Positions 42,133 to 52,716 of a stretch of 64,000 nucleotides of DNA are shown one piece after another. A program made the position numbers and the translations under genes. The notes under the pieces were generated by a model. That model was not told where the DNA came from. It saw only the letters and a list, made by a program, of their open reading frames with translations, and did not search any database. The DNA is taken from NCBI GenBank assembly GCA_963674735.2, contig CAXXQS010000001.1, positions 224,001 to 288,000 of the forward strand, in the 5' to 3' direction. Positions within the stretch are counted from its first letter, which is position 1. The number at the start of each line of letters is the position of its first letter. This DNA is from Myxococcota bacterium (GTDB lineage: Bacteria > Myxococcota_A > SURF-8).

Positions 42133-42422
42133 CCGCCACCTCCTCACACCCTCCACATGGCTGTGTTCCATGCTGTCGGCTGTCGTGTCCTCGGGGATCG
42201 ACGGGTGCAGCGCTGAAGCTAACCCGTCATATATACACCGGTTTTGCCTCCGATGCAAGCCTGCCACGGTATTCTAACCTTTGGTTTTCAAGCGCAGCAT
42301 TTTCTTAACGGTGCCCGCCGTGATCCCGCCGTTCATCGTCTTTAAAAAAGGATGCGATCCGTGCGGGTTCTATTCCGTAATCGAAGTCTTCGCTAACGAT
42401 TCGAAATGTAACGGGATTCCGA

Positions 42423-43313
42423 TCATCGACGGTAGCAGGGAATGTCCGGTTCGATGTGAATGAGAATGGTGACGGGGAATGTGAAGGTGTTACGGATGGC
42501 TGTTTCCAAGGCCAGCGTGATGTCATGGCTGGCTTCCACCGACATGTTGGGGTCCACCAGGATATGGACATCCACCTGCAGGCCGCGCCCCTGTCGCCGT
42601 GAGCGTAAGTGATGCCAGCCACGGATCTGCGGGTCGCGATTGAGAATGCGGGCGATGCTTTCGGTCGTCTCCTGTCCGGCGGCGTGTTCGGTCAGCTCGC
42701 GCAAACTGTTCAAGGCGATGTTCATCGCTACGCCCATCACCATCAATCCGACCACGATTCCCGCCACCTGATCACCGTAGCCCCAGCCGAGTTGTCCGGC
42801 CACGTACCCCAAAAGCACCGCGAGCGACGACAGGGCGTCCGAGCGGTGGTGCCAGGCATTGGCCTGAAGAGCTTGACTATTCAAGGCATTCGCCGCTTTA
42901 TGTGTGACCTGATACAGCACCTCTTTGGCCAAAATGGAGGCCAGCGCCAAAACAAGAACGGTCAGCCCCGGAAAGCTGGTCTCACGGGCATACAGGGACG
43001 CTCCGGCTTCATAGGCGATGCCGCCCCCGGCAAAAAGTAGTACACCGGCGACGCTGATGGTGGCCAGGGTTTCGAATTTGCCGTGACCGTAGGGATGGGA
43101 AGGGTCGGGGGGGCGTTCGCCCAGCCAGACCCCCACCAGCACCAGGACATCCGTCACCAGGTCCGACAGGCTGTGCACGCCGTCGGCCACCAGGCTGATG
43201 GAGCCGCTGAAATGGCCGCCGATGATTTTGGCGACAGACAACACGAGGTTGACGGCGGCTCCTACGAGGGTCAGCTTGCGGACAGGCGCAAAGGTATGGT
43301 TGTTGGATTCCAT
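42423..43313 (-). CDS. Cation diffusion facilitator transporter (FieF-like)
   Basis: ADGVHSLSD, HPYGHGKFE, AWHHRSDA, DVHI, IHIEP; GGAG before ATG 43313. Confidence 0.95.
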   Translation of the reverse strand: MESNNHTFAPVRKLTLVGAAVNLVLSVAKIIGGHFSGSISLVADGVHSLSDLVTDVLVLVGVWLGERPPDPSHPYGHGKFETLATISVAGVLLFAGGGIAYEAGASLYARETSFPGLTVLVLALASILAKEVLYQVTHKAANALNSQALQANAWHHRSDALSSLAVLLGYVAGQLGWGYGDQVAGIVVGLMVMGVAMNIALNSLRELTEHAAGQETTESIARILNRDPQIRGWHHLRSRRQGRGLQVDVHILVDPNMSVEASHDITLALETAIRNTFTFPVTILIHIEPDIPCYRR

Positions 43314-43529
43314 CAAGTCTCCATGGATCGGCTTTCGCAGCGCTATTCTACAAGAAGGCGGGAGGATTGCGCTATCAAATATGTCTATGAGACAAGAATT
43401 TCGACCGACGGACAGCCGCCAGCTACGCGCCAACCTATTCTGAAGGCTTGGAAATGCAATGAATATGGGATATATTCCAGTCAATTTAGCATAATCAAAG
43501 AAACATGTGATGGATGGGTGACTGGTGTG

Positions 43530-43712
43530 TAGGGCATTTCAATTCTAACTTTTTCACCGTTTTCCACCCAATATAATTCGGTTTACGGGGTGCCATGGGC
43601 CAAGCCTTTGGCTTGCCCATGCTGTTTTCACGGGCAAACCTGACGGTTTAGCCCGTGCCACCCATCATCGATCGAAGATTATTCGAGACTCAATCAGAAT
43701 TGAAATGCCGTA
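43530..43712 (+). mobile_element. MITE copy 1 with REP-like hairpin doublet
   Basis: Terminal inverted repeats TAGGGCATTTCAATTCT / AGAATTGAAATGCCGTA (16/17); flanking direct repeat GACTGGTGTG / AACTGGTGTG. Confidence 0.88.
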
Positions 43713-44142
43713 AACTGGTGTGAAGAGTCTCAGTCTGCAAAATCCGTTTGAGAGCGTCCGTCTGTTCCGGGATAGTCTTCTCTCCAATCGAGAAAAGATC
43801 GGGACGTCTGAAGCAGTGGCGTGCTTGAAAAACGGGTTTTCACGCGTTTGGGCGACAGTGAAAGCCGAACGGGATGTCCTGTTGACCTGGAACGAGGCTA
43901 CCGTTTCCGATGTCGATCCGTTTCCTGAATCGGGCAATCCGTTATCCGTATTCGGGCGTTTGAGTGCTCGTATGCTCGTCATGTGGGTTTTTCTGCGACT
44001 TGTGTTTTTGAGTCGCCGTCCTATCTATCATCCCGTGTTCTCCAACCGTCTCATCCTCGCGCCATAACTTAAAGGCGCAAGCCGTTCGTGTTTCGACGGA
44101 CCCACCGCAAGCCTCCGAGTTTCTCTACCCCTGTTCGCACAC

Positions 44143-44170
44143 AAAAAAAACGGCCGCCCGAAGGCGACCG
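44143..44170 (-). terminator. Intrinsic terminator of the giant lipoprotein gene
   Basis: CGGCCGCC-cgaa-GGCGACCG stem with T8 on the minus strand. Confidence 0.75.
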
Positions 44171-44190
44171 CAAAAAGGGTGTCGGTTCAA

Positions 44191-47100
44191 TTACTCGGCT
44201 AGCGGGCCGGTTTCGCTTACGGCGGTGCTCTTGAAGCCCGAGAAGTCGACCACGTTGGGGTCGCTCTGGATGATGCGATCGGCTACTTCCGAGCCGAACA
44301 CGCCCCAATAGTTTCCGGTGCAGTCGAGGACACCCGCGCGCAGGATGGCCGACATCTCGACCACGCGGGGCGGATCGATGGTGCTGGTGTGGAAGAACAC
44401 CTTGTAAAGCGTCGTGGTGCCGTAAGCGCTGTTGTAATCGTCGGATACGACGCAGTAAAGGCTGGTGGCGTTGTAGCTGGCGATGGAGCTCCACGCACCG
44501 CTGCTGGCGCTGGACCAGGATTTGATGTTGTTGTCGTTGGCGGCGTTTCTAACATAGCCGTAGATGTCGTTGTACCAGTCGGTTTCACTGAACCCGGCCT
44601 TGATGAATTCGATCATCGGTCCGCCCGTGGTGTAGTCGCTGGAGGTGTAAGTGCCGGTGCTCGACGACGATGAGGAGACGGATAGGGACGGTTCCTCGAT
44701 CATGCCGGCCTGTTCGGTGCCGTTGCTGAAAATGTTGTTGTCGTTGATGGTGTTGTCGGGATCGGTGCTGCCGTTGGTGGTGGCCAGGATGCCGTCGGAG
44801 GTGTTGTAGTTGATATTGTTCTTGCTGACGTCACCCAGCGCTCCGCTATACAGGCGGATGCCGACTTCGTTGTACATGATGTTCGATTGCGTCAGATTGA
44901 AGTTCGAGTTGTTGGAATAAATCCCGTTTGCCCCATTGTAGGTGAAGGTCGAGTTGGTGAGGCTGTTGGCCACGCTTTGATTGTTGGTGAAACTCACGCC
45001 GTCGGTGCCGTTCAAGGTGGCCAGCAGGTAGTTGGCCGTCAATACTCCGTGGGTGTAAACGTACAAGCCGGTGGTGGTGTTATCGCGCAGGGTGACATGA
45101 TCGAGGTCCATCGTTCCGGATTCCAGGCGCAAGCCGACATTTCCTTTTTCGACGGTGGCGTGGTCGAGGGTGGCGCTACCGTTGCTGCCCTTGCTGACGA
45201 TATAGCCGAAGCCGCCGTTTACCGGTACGTCGCCCAGGACGGTGATGTGTACCGGGTCGCTCGCGGTTCCGTTGACGTCGAGGGTGCCCTCGTTATTGAT
45301 GAGATACCAGTCGCCGCGGTTGTCGCCGTTCTGGTCGGTGGGAACGAAGGTGACGGTCACCCCGGGGTCGATGGTGAGCAATCCGTGGGAGACGATGTCG
45401 ATATCGCCGGTGATGTAGACGTCGTTCGACCAGGTCTCGTTTCCATCGATGATTTCGCCGCCCTTGTAAATGCCTTTATCCCAGCTTTCGTCGAAAGCGG
45501 CTCCCACGAAACCCTCGATGTCGAGGTAGCTGGAATTCGAATACGAGAGCACCGACAGCACGTCGGGCCATACGCCGAAGTAGTTGTGCCGGATGTCGAG
45601 GACATCGCCGGAGCTGATGAGGGTGACTTGATCGTGGGCGTCGGCACTGACATAGGCCACGTTGCGGACCGTCATCGTGCCGTAGGCGGAGTTGTAGTCG
45701 TCGGAGACGAGGGTGTAAATGCTGGTTGTATTGCGCGAGGTGATGTCGGTCCAGGTGTAGCCGGAACTGCTGCTACGCGAGATCATGTTGTAGTTGTCGC
45801 TGCTGCGGCGTACGTAGCCGTAGATGTCGTTGTACCAGTCGGTTTCCGAGAAGGCATCTTCGATGTAGCGGATGATTTCGCCGCCGGGTGTGGTGTAGGT
45901 CGATGATGTGAAGGTGCCAGTACCTGAACTGGGGGAGGAAACCGATAGATTGATGGTGTCGAGGGTCAGGCTGCCGTCGTCGGCGTTGCCGAAGATGTTG
46001 TTATAATTGATGGCCATCACGGGGCTGTTGCTGCCGTCGGGTATGGCGCGTACGCCTTCGAGCCCGTTGTACTTGATTTGGCATTGGGTGACCGTTCCGG
46101 TGACGTCGCCTTTCAGGTTCAGACCGACTTCGGCGTTGTTGACGAGATCGCTGTTCTGGATGGTGAAGGTGTCGTCTTCGAGGGTGACACCGTCGCCGTC
46201 GTTTTGTTCGATGGTACAGTCGGTGAGGGTCGAGCCTGCGCCGTTGAGCGCGAAGAGGCCCGAGCCGCCGTTGTGATGCAGGTAAAGGTTGGTGGCGTCC
46301 ATCTCCGCCCCGTTCATGTACATGCCGTGTTCCACCGAATCGCGCACTTCGGTGTCGTTGATCGTAACGCCGGATGCGCTGGTGTAAAGATACAGCCCGT
46401 AGGTGTTGAAACGGAACTCGCAGTTCTCCACCAGGGCGTCGGAGTTGATGCGCAAGGCCTGATAGCCATACTCGAAGATGGCGTGGCGGATTTGCGAGCC
46501 GGTGGAGGAACTGGACAGCTCGACTTTGTTCCAGCCCGCCGGGGCGTTGTCGCCCAGCACGGTGAAGGTAACCGGTGCGTCTTCGGTGCCGTTGACGATC
46601 AGGGTGCCGTTGATGACCAGGTCGTAATCGCCGATGCCGTTGCCCTTGCTCTTTTCGGTGTCGACCTGGACGAAAACGATGGTGGTGTTCGAGGCGATGG
46701 TGAGTGTGTTACCGGCGGGTACCCAGGCATCGCCGGTGATATTGATGGTGCCCATCCAGGTCGTGGTGGTGATTTCGCCATACACGTCCTGAATCATCTG
46801 GAAGTTGACGCTTCTTGAGGCGTCGTCGCTTTGGAATACGGCGTCGCGGACCTGCATGGTGATGGTGTGCTCGCCGTCGGTGGCGTAGGTGTATACGTCG
46901 ATTTTATCCGTGCTCCAGTCGGTGTCGTAGCTGCCGTCGTTGTCCCAGTCCCAGCGCACTTCCAGGTCATCCACGGCGGTTTCGGTGTCGCTGACGCCGC
47001 TGGCGTCCACAGTGACTTCCAGGTTTCCGGTGATGATGGCGGTGAACGTGGCGGTGGGCGGATCGTTGCGTACGTCGAGGTTGCGACCGGCCGAGACGCC

Positions 47101-49911
47101 GACGCCGGATTCGTTGTCGGTGGCGCGCGCCTGCAAGACGATGGTGTTGCCGGTGGGCGCTTGCTCCGGAACGATATAGGTGAAGCGGTAGGGAACGGTG
47201 TCGTCGGCCGGTCCGGTAGGCGTTCCGTCCACCAGCAATTCCACCTGCGTAATGGTGCGACCGGGGGCCGGAGTCGCGCCCGCTTCGATGATCAGCTCGT
47301 TACCCTGGGTGACAATCAGATCCTCGATGGGACGCACGATGGTGACGTCCGGGGAGTTGCCGTCGCTGACGACCACCAGGCAGGTTGCCGTATCGGTGTC
47401 GGCATCGTCATCGGTCACGGTGAGGGTGACGGTGTAGCTGTCGGCGGCGGTATAGGTGTGATAAACAAGCGGATTGGAGCCGGAACCGGTGCTGCCGTCG
47501 TCGAAGTCGAAGTGATAATCGACGATCGTGCCGTCGCTGTCGGTGGAGGCGCTGGCGTTGAAGGTGAGGTTTTCGCCGATATCCGCCATCGCCGGACAGC
47601 TTAGTTGCGCGGTGGGGCCTTCGTTGGTCGCCCCGTTTGCCGCGCCGGGAGTCGGCACGTCGAGATCGGTGAAGTCGCTCAGGTTGTCGTCGGTATCGGT
47701 CTGGTTCGTATCGCGCGCCAGGGAGTGACCGGCCGAGACATCGGGGGCCGGATCGCCTTCCCCGGCGAAGACATCTTCACCGGGCGTGAAAACGCCGTAG
47801 CCCAAGGCGTCGATCACCTGGTTCTGCCACAGCAGTTCGATGCTGTCGGGGCCGTTTTGGTAATCCGCATCGGTGTCCATCAAATCGGCTTCATCCGCGA
47901 TGGCGGCGATGGCGCTGGGCGGGCAGATGACGAAGTAGCCGTCGCCTCCCACCGTGCCGGTGAGGTTGATGGTGTTATAGGTTTCGCCGTTGGCGCCGTT
48001 GACGCCGCGTAACGAGAAACCGTCGAGGTCCATATCCGCCGCACCGAAAAGTTCGACGAAGGTGTCGCTTTCGCTGGCCAGGCCGTCGTACATCACTTCC
48101 GAAATCAGCAGGATGCCCGGCTGATCGTCGAGGCACTCGCCGTCGGTGCAGGTTTGATTCTGGCCGCAGGCGGTCGGATCGCCCCAAGCCGAGCCGTTGG
48201 CGTTGCAGACGATCACGCCGTTGGCGTTGTCGCAATCACGTTCGCTGGGGCTGCAGATCTGGTTGTAGCACACGCCCGCCTCGCAGTATTTCCCGGTTCC
48301 GCAAGCCGTGGGTGAACTGAAGCCCGTGCCGGTGGTGTTGCAGACGACGATGGAATCGCCTTCGCATTGCGGGACGCCCGGCGTGCAGATCTGGTCTACG
48401 CAGCCGCCGTCGATGCAGACTTGCTCCGTGCCGCAGTCGATGGCCGTTTGCCAGCCAGATCCGTCCTCTTCGCAGACATGGTAGCCGCCGAGGTCGACGC
48501 ATTCGGTTTCGGCGGGTTCGCATTCCTGGTTCCAGCAGAAGCCGTTCAGGCAGTACTGATTGCTGCCGCAGTCGCCGGGATCGCCCCAGGCCGAGCCGTC
48601 GCTGTTGCAGACGATAACCGCGCCGTCGTCGTTGCACTCGCGGGCTTGCGGGGTGCACACCTGGTCTTGACAGGCTCCGGCGCTGCAGTATTGATCGTTG
48701 TCGCAGGCTACCGGCAGGCCGTAGCCGTCGCCGCTGCCGAGACAGGTGAGCACGTTGCTGCCGCTGCAAATCGTATCGCCGGGATTGCAGACGGTGGGCA
48801 GGCAGGAGTTGGTCAGGCACAGTTCCCCGTTTTCACAGGCCACGGGCGCGTTGTAGCCCGAGCCGACCTCGTTACACACTTTTTCGTTGTTGTCGTCTTC
48901 GCAGACGATGCTGCCGGGCGTACAAAGCTGGTTGTAGCACACGCCCTCGTCGCAGTAGCGACCCAGTCCACAGTCTTCCGGTGCGTCGAAGCCCGAGCCG
49001 TCGGAGAGGCATTGGCGGCGAGCGGTGTCGCCGTCGCAGGACCAGGTGTTGGGTACGCAGGCCTGGTCTTTGCATTCACCGCTATCGCAGTATTGATTTG
49101 CGCCGCAATTCGTGGGCGCGCCCCAGCCCGATCCGTCGGAAGCGCAGGTAGCGGTGGCGTTGCCCAGGCAGCCGATTTCATCGGGATCGCAAATCTGGTC
49201 GTGGCACGTGCCGTTGCGGCAGTAGGAATCCGCGCCGCAACTGATCGGGTCGCCGTAGTCCGACCCGTCGTTTAGGCATACTTTGTAGTTGAAATCGTCC
49301 TCGCAGAGCGCGTCGCTCGGGTCGCAGATCTGATCGAGGCATACGCCGGCGCGGCAGAATTGCTCGGTGCCGCAATCTTCGGGAGCGAGAAAGCCGCTGC
49401 CCGACGCGTTGCAGATAAAGACGCTGTTGCCGTAGCATTTACGCAAGTTGGGCGTGCAGATTTGCGGCTGATCGCCTTCCGCGTCGCCGTCAATTTCATC
49501 TTCCGTATCGCCGTCCGTGTCGTCTTCCGTATCGCCGTCGGCATCGCCATCGCCATCGGATTCGCCATCGCCATCGCCGTCTGGCTCGTCGCTGTCGCTA
49601 TCGCCGTCGGCATCGCCGTCTGGCTCGTCGCCGTCGCTATCGCCGTCGGAGTCTCCGTCTGGGTCGACGCCGTCGCTATCGTCGTCGGAGTCGCCGTCTG
49701 GGTCGACGCCGTCGGCTTCTGTATCGCCATCGGGCAACAAGGCGTCGCCATCGGTATCGCCGTCGGGCTTGTCCCCGTCGGGCTCGTCTCCGTCGGACGA
49801 ATCGCCATCGGGATCGTCGCCGTCGGTGTTGCCGGCGTCATCGCCGCCGCAAGCGGATAGAACGAGTAGACTCGCGAGAAGGATCACGAATAATAGCCAT
49901 CGATTCTGCAT
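44191..49911 (-). CDS. Giant surface lipoprotein (1906 aa): DGD tether, ~11 Cys-rich repeats, lamin-tail-like domain, PKD/Ig domains, two parallel beta-helix regions
   Basis: Lipobox LSAC; CxPxxxxC...CxxxGsG...CG repeats; LISEVMYD...FVEL; FNASASTDSDGTIVDYHFDFDDG; Asn-rich helix repeats. Confidence 0.88.
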   Translation of the reverse strand: MQNRWLLFVILLASLLVLSACGGDDAGNTDGDDPDGDSSDGDEPDGDKPDGDTDGDALLPDGDTEADGVDPDGDSDDDSDGVDPDGDSDGDSDGDEPDGDADGDSDSDEPDGDGDGESDGDGDADGDTEDDTDGDTEDEIDGDAEGDQPQICTPNLRKCYGNSVFICNASGSGFLAPEDCGTEQFCRAGVCLDQICDPSDALCEDDFNYKVCLNDGSDYGDPISCGADSYCRNGTCHDQICDPDEIGCLGNATATCASDGSGWGAPTNCGANQYCDSGECKDQACVPNTWSCDGDTARRQCLSDGSGFDAPEDCGLGRYCDEGVCYNQLCTPGSIVCEDDNNEKVCNEVGSGYNAPVACENGELCLTNSCLPTVCNPGDTICSGSNVLTCLGSGDGYGLPVACDNDQYCSAGACQDQVCTPQARECNDDGAVIVCNSDGSAWGDPGDCGSNQYCLNGFCWNQECEPAETECVDLGGYHVCEEDGSGWQTAIDCGTEQVCIDGGCVDQICTPGVPQCEGDSIVVCNTTGTGFSSPTACGTGKYCEAGVCYNQICSPSERDCDNANGVIVCNANGSAWGDPTACGQNQTCTDGECLDDQPGILLISEVMYDGLASESDTFVELFGAADMDLDGFSLRGVNGANGETYNTINLTGTVGGDGYFVICPPSAIAAIADEADLMDTDADYQNGPDSIELLWQNQVIDALGYGVFTPGEDVFAGEGDPAPDVSAGHSLARDTNQTDTDDNLSDFTDLDVPTPGAANGATNEGPTAQLSCPAMADIGENLTFNASASTDSDGTIVDYHFDFDDGSTGSGSNPLVYHTYTAADSYTVTLTVTDDDADTDTATCLVVVSDGNSPDVTIVRPIEDLIVTQGNELIIEAGATPAPGRTITQVELLVDGTPTGPADDTVPYRFTYIVPEQAPTGNTIVLQARATDNESGVGVSAGRNLDVRNDPPTATFTAIITGNLEVTVDASGVSDTETAVDDLEVRWDWDNDGSYDTDWSTDKIDVYTYATDGEHTITMQVRDAVFQSDDASRSVNFQMIQDVYGEITTTTWMGTINITGDAWVPAGNTLTIASNTTIVFVQVDTEKSKGNGIGDYDLVINGTLIVNGTEDAPVTFTVLGDNAPAGWNKVELSSSSTGSQIRHAIFEYGYQALRINSDALVENCEFRFNTYGLYLYTSASGVTINDTEVRDSVEHGMYMNGAEMDATNLYLHHNGGSGLFALNGAGSTLTDCTIEQNDGDGVTLEDDTFTIQNSDLVNNAEVGLNLKGDVTGTVTQCQIKYNGLEGVRAIPDGSNSPVMAINYNNIFGNADDGSLTLDTINLSVSSPSSGTGTFTSSTYTTPGGEIIRYIEDAFSETDWYNDIYGYVRRSSDNYNMISRSSSSGYTWTDITSRNTTSIYTLVSDDYNSAYGTMTVRNVAYVSADAHDQVTLISSGDVLDIRHNYFGVWPDVLSVLSYSNSSYLDIEGFVGAAFDESWDKGIYKGGEIIDGNETWSNDVYITGDIDIVSHGLLTIDPGVTVTFVPTDQNGDNRGDWYLINNEGTLDVNGTASDPVHITVLGDVPVNGGFGYIVSKGSNGSATLDHATVEKGNVGLRLESGTMDLDHVTLRDNTTTGLYVYTHGVLTANYLLATLNGTDGVSFTNNQSVANSLTNSTFTYNGANGIYSNNSNFNLTQSNIMYNEVGIRLYSGALGDVSKNNINYNTSDGILATTNGSTDPDNTINDNNIFSNGTEQAGMIEEPSLSVSSSSSSTGTYTSSDYTTGGPMIEFIKAGFSETDWYNDIYGYVRNAANDNNIKSWSSASSGAWSSIASYNATSLYCVVSDDYNSAYGTTTLYKVFFHTSTIDPPRVVEMSAILRAGVLDCTGNYWGVFGSEVADRIIQSDPNVVDFSGFKSTAVSETGPLAE

Positions 49912-50687
49912 GGTGCACCTCTTGATCGTTTCCGTCTATTTTTCGGTTAGGTGTATGGGTTTTTGTTACAATTCGCCGTAGCATACGCATTTCGGATCGG
50001 AGAGTCAAACCATTCTTGGCCGATTTCCGACCGGTTTTTTGTGGAGATCGAAATGGAATTCGGGAGGGAAAACTAGGTTTGGAGTGGCGAACAATGCATG
50101 CGTGGCGAAAAGAGTTGAGAATAAATCAAGTGGAGAAAAAATAAGGATATACTATCCAAGAGGACGGGCGCGTGCAGAGGAAGACGATTGTTACCAAGGA
50201 TGGACTTGAAGAAGGATTCCAGGCGCTCGATGCGCTCGATGCGTTCGAAAAAGCGCGACTGAAATGGTCTCAGGAAGTATGCCGACAGAAATACTAAGAA
50301 TGCCCTAATACGTCACACATGTTGGGAGTCTCTTGCGTTAAATTGCAAGGAGCCGGGTGAAGCTGGGGAGAGGCTGCCAGGGTAAACCGGTCGATAAAGA
50401 CAATAAATACAGCTAAATAGCGAAAGGTTTGCTTCGACTGAACGGATCGTGACGCAACCGGCGCAACGATTAGAAATAAAATGAAAATAGTATAGTGAAT
50501 ATAAAACAATGAAGAGATTAGTTAGGGCTTCCAAAGAGGGTGTCGTAACTCGCTGTAATTGCTTATGATATTTGAATGTTGGCTGGAAGGCGACGAGCCG
50601 GGTCTGGGAGAAACCATAAAATCCTTTAAAAAGTCCATGAAAACAGTGAGATAGAAAGAGACCCCGTTGCCATCACCCGGGGAATCG

Positions 50688-52469
50688 CTACTCGTAAAAG
50701 CCGTCGAGGATGTCGCTGTATTTTTGGTCGATGGTGCGGCGGCGCAGTTTTTCGGACGAAGTCAGCTCGCCGCCATCTACCGAGAACCGTCCGGGTAAGA
50801 TCGCGAATTTCTTGATGGATTCGGGACCGGAAAGGTCCTGGTTTTTACGCTGAATGGCTTCTTCGATCAGTCGGCGCACTTCTTCGCGCTGCGTCAATTC
50901 GGCGAAATCGGTGTGCGGGATGTTCTTTTCCTTAGCCCATTGCGTGAGATTCTGCCGATTGAGCGTAATCAGCGCCGAAGTGAAATTGCGCTGGTCGCCG
51001 TGCACGTAAACGCGGTCGATGAAGGGATCGGCCTTGAGGTGGTTTTCGATATTCTGGGGCGAAATGTTTTTTCCGCCCGACGTGATGATGATGTCTTTTT
51101 TTCGGTCGGTGATGCGTAAAAAACCATCCTCGTCGATTTCGCCGATATCGCCGGTGGAGAGCCAGTCGTCCTGCAGAACCGAGGCGGTGGAATCGGGAGA
51201 TTTCCAGTATTCCCGCATGACTACGGGGCCTTTGAGGCGGATTTCGCCGTCCCCGGCCAGCTCGATTTCGACGCCGTGAATGGGTTTTCCGACCGACCCG
51301 ATTTTGTTGTCCGTCACGGTATTGATGGTGGCGGCTCCGGCCACTTCGGTCATGCCGTAGGCTTCGAGAACCGTCAAACCGGTGGCATGAAAAAAGGACG
51401 CGACCTCTTTCTGCAACGGCGCACCCGACGAAACCAGAAACTTGATGCGGTCGCCGAATTTCTGGCGGAAGCGGTCGAAAAACAGTTTGCGCGCGGCTTG
51501 ATATTTGCCGTTCAACACCAACGGAATGGGTTGGCGCTGATCCTTCAGGCGGCTGACCTGGCGGCCGACGTCCAGGCACCAGTTGAGAGTGGTGCGCTGC
51601 ATCCCGCCGGACAGCGCCACCTCGTTGAGCACGCCGGAATAGATTTTCTGAAACACGCGCGGCACCGCCGCCATCATGTCGGGATTGGTTTCCTGCAGAT
51701 TCATCATCAGGCGGTCGTAGCTTTCGGCCAAGGCCAACGTGATGCCCGTAAATAAATTGAGGTATTGCACCGTGCGCCCGAAAATATGAGACAGTGGCAG
51801 GAAGTGCAGCGTGGTTTGATCCTCGCGCAATTGAACCATTTGTTGCAGGGCGTACTGCTGTGCCAGAATCTGTGCGTGTGCATGCACGACCCCCATCAGC
51901 GGGCCGCCGGTGGAGGTGTAGACGATGGTGGCGAGGTCGTCGAGCCCGACCTGTTCCGACAGCGATTTATAAAGGCCGGGTTCGGCCTGGCGGCCTTGTT
52001 CCACCACCTGGGAAAGCGTTGTGACGCCGTCGTCCTCATCGGGGGCCGGGCCTTCGATCAGGATGATTTTCTCAAGCGCGGTCAGCTTCTCGCGTACCTG
52101 AAGCACGCGATCGAGCAGCGTGAGATTTTCGACGATCAGGAACTTGGCGTCGGAGTGGGTGACGATGTATTCCACGTCGCCTTTGGGGCTGGTGTGGTAG
52201 ATGGGCACCACCACGCCGCCGCAACCCAGTGCACCCAGATCGCAAAAAAGCCACTCCACCCGGTTATCGCTGAACAGGGCGATTCGTTCGCCTTTTTCAA
52301 GACCGAGAGCGTGCAGGCCGCGCGCAATGAAGCGCACCGTTTCGTAGTAGCGGTTCCACGAAACCTTGACCCAGTTACCGGTTTGCGTGTTTTTATATGT
52401 GAGGGCCGTTTGGGGCCCGGAACGCTCGACGCGCCATTTGAACATCTCGTTGATGCTCGTAAACTCCAT
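50688..52469 (-). CDS. Long-chain fatty-acid-CoA ligase-like protein with atypical P-loop
   Basis: FLPLSHIF, VPRVF, EAYGMTE, STGDIG, ITDRKKDIIITSGGKNISP; GAGGAG before ATG 52469. Confidence 0.88.
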   Translation of the reverse strand: MEFTSINEMFKWRVERSGPQTALTYKNTQTGNWVKVSWNRYYETVRFIARGLHALGLEKGERIALFSDNRVEWLFCDLGALGCGGVVVPIYHTSPKGDVEYIVTHSDAKFLIVENLTLLDRVLQVREKLTALEKIILIEGPAPDEDDGVTTLSQVVEQGRQAEPGLYKSLSEQVGLDDLATIVYTSTGGPLMGVVHAHAQILAQQYALQQMVQLREDQTTLHFLPLSHIFGRTVQYLNLFTGITLALAESYDRLMMNLQETNPDMMAAVPRVFQKIYSGVLNEVALSGGMQRTTLNWCLDVGRQVSRLKDQRQPIPLVLNGKYQAARKLFFDRFRQKFGDRIKFLVSSGAPLQKEVASFFHATGLTVLEAYGMTEVAGAATINTVTDNKIGSVGKPIHGVEIELAGDGEIRLKGPVVMREYWKSPDSTASVLQDDWLSTGDIGEIDEDGFLRITDRKKDIIITSGGKNISPQNIENHLKADPFIDRVYVHGDQRNFTSALITLNRQNLTQWAKEKNIPHTDFAELTQREEVRRLIEEAIQRKNQDLSGPESIKKFAILPGRFSVDGGELTSSEKLRRRTIDQKYSDILDGFYE

Positions 52470-52645
52470 CCTAAAACTCCTCAGTCGGAATCCCCCAGTC
52501 GTTACTGGATGGTTGCCTGTAATGGGGAAATTGAAGCACAGCAGGGCAGGGATGTCAAGACAAGCGAAGCGATTTCGGGTATTTGGTGAATACACCGATC
52601 CGAAAGCGGTGGCAGATGTCGATTTCGTCATCGATGACTAGCGGG

Positions 52646-52672
52646 GTAGGTCGGACAGATTTTCTGTCCGAC
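52646..52672 (+). repeat. GTAG-type REP, left of RAYT
   Basis: GTAG + GTCGGACAGA-TTT-TCTGTCCGAC perfect hairpin. Confidence 0.9.
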
Positions 52673-52680
52673 ATTTCCCC

Positions 52681-52710
52681 TTGATATTCAATTGCCACAA
52701 TTGATACAAT
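52681..52710 (+). promoter_or_regulatory. Putative RAYT promoter with palindromic spacer
   Basis: TTGATA-18 nt-TACAAT; the spacer contains TCAATTG-CCA-CAATTGA. Confidence 0.55.
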
Positions 52711-52716
52711 CCTCAC

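Noticed and set aside
43530-43712. IS630/Tc1-type MITE with a TA target duplication
   Set aside because: 10-bp direct repeats lie outside the TA in all three copies, so TA belongs to the element ends.
43720-44067. 115-aa ORF next to MITE copy 1
   Set aside because: No RBS or recognisable motif, and its GTG start lies in the target duplication; not transposase-like.
49912-50687. Riboswitch or ncRNA in the long intergenic region
   Set aside because: Fragments such as GACGCAA and GCAAACC do not form the c-di-GMP aptamer in the right order or strand; the short GCGCTCGAT repeat is uninformative. A covariance-model search would be needed.
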